Assembly (NCBI GenBank): GCA_963771465.1
Contig: CAVYTU010000009.1
Location: 237,743-301,742 of the forward strand
Direction: 5' to 3'
DNA length: 64,000 nt
Source of the DNA: an uncultured delta proteobacterium
GTDB taxonomy: Bacteria; Desulfobacterota; Binatia; UBA9968
Position 1 is the stretch's first letter; every line of letters begins with the position of its first letter. The notes under the pieces are model-generated. The model worked only from the letters and a program-made list of their open reading frames with translations, had not been told where the DNA came from and ran no database searches. Shown in pieces: positions 63,973 to 64,000 of this stretch. The translations under genes were made by a program, and so were the position numbers.

Positions 63973-63991
63973 CACATGATACTGTAATTAC

Positions 63992-64000
63992 GTCTAACGC
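63992..64000 (-). repeat. R' core of the next attC (or an attI), cut by the window edge
   Basis: gtctaac (GTTAGAC on the minus strand) just 5' of the TA cassette. Confidence 0.6.

Overview
Bacterial chromosomal window, GC-rich with some AT-richer genes. The gene set (many NMT1/SsuA-type binding proteins, amidohydrolase, VOC) resembles Candidatus Binatia-like deltaproteobacteria (inference only). 1-14 kb holds ordinary envelope and catabolic genes. From 14 to 64 kb almost every gene is on the minus strand. The main hidden structure is about 25 attC-like sites (RYYYAAC...GTTRRRY hairpins), forming two integron-type cassette arrays: A at ~55.1-64 kb, continuing past the window edge, and B at ~38-52 kb. 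No integrase gene is in the window. The arrays are interleaved with a split SOS mutasome: imuA-imuB lie between the arrays and dnaE2 lies ~35 kb downstream on the same strand. Array B begins at an AT-rich attI-like GTTAGCC site with no integrase beside it. attC quality tends to decay distally in both arrays and fades into a ~20 kb co-oriented block with almost no attC (three TIR proteins, a protease-nuclease fusion, DAHP synthase). Other features: in-frame repeat insertions in dnaE2 and imuB, a four-helix-bundle gene bracketed by inverted GTTCAA arrays, an IS256 inserted at a ubiD start codon, a toxin-antitoxin cassette and a candidate structured ncRNA. Many single-base frameshifts suggest sequencing indel errors. 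All family calls come from motif recognition by eye; no searches were run.
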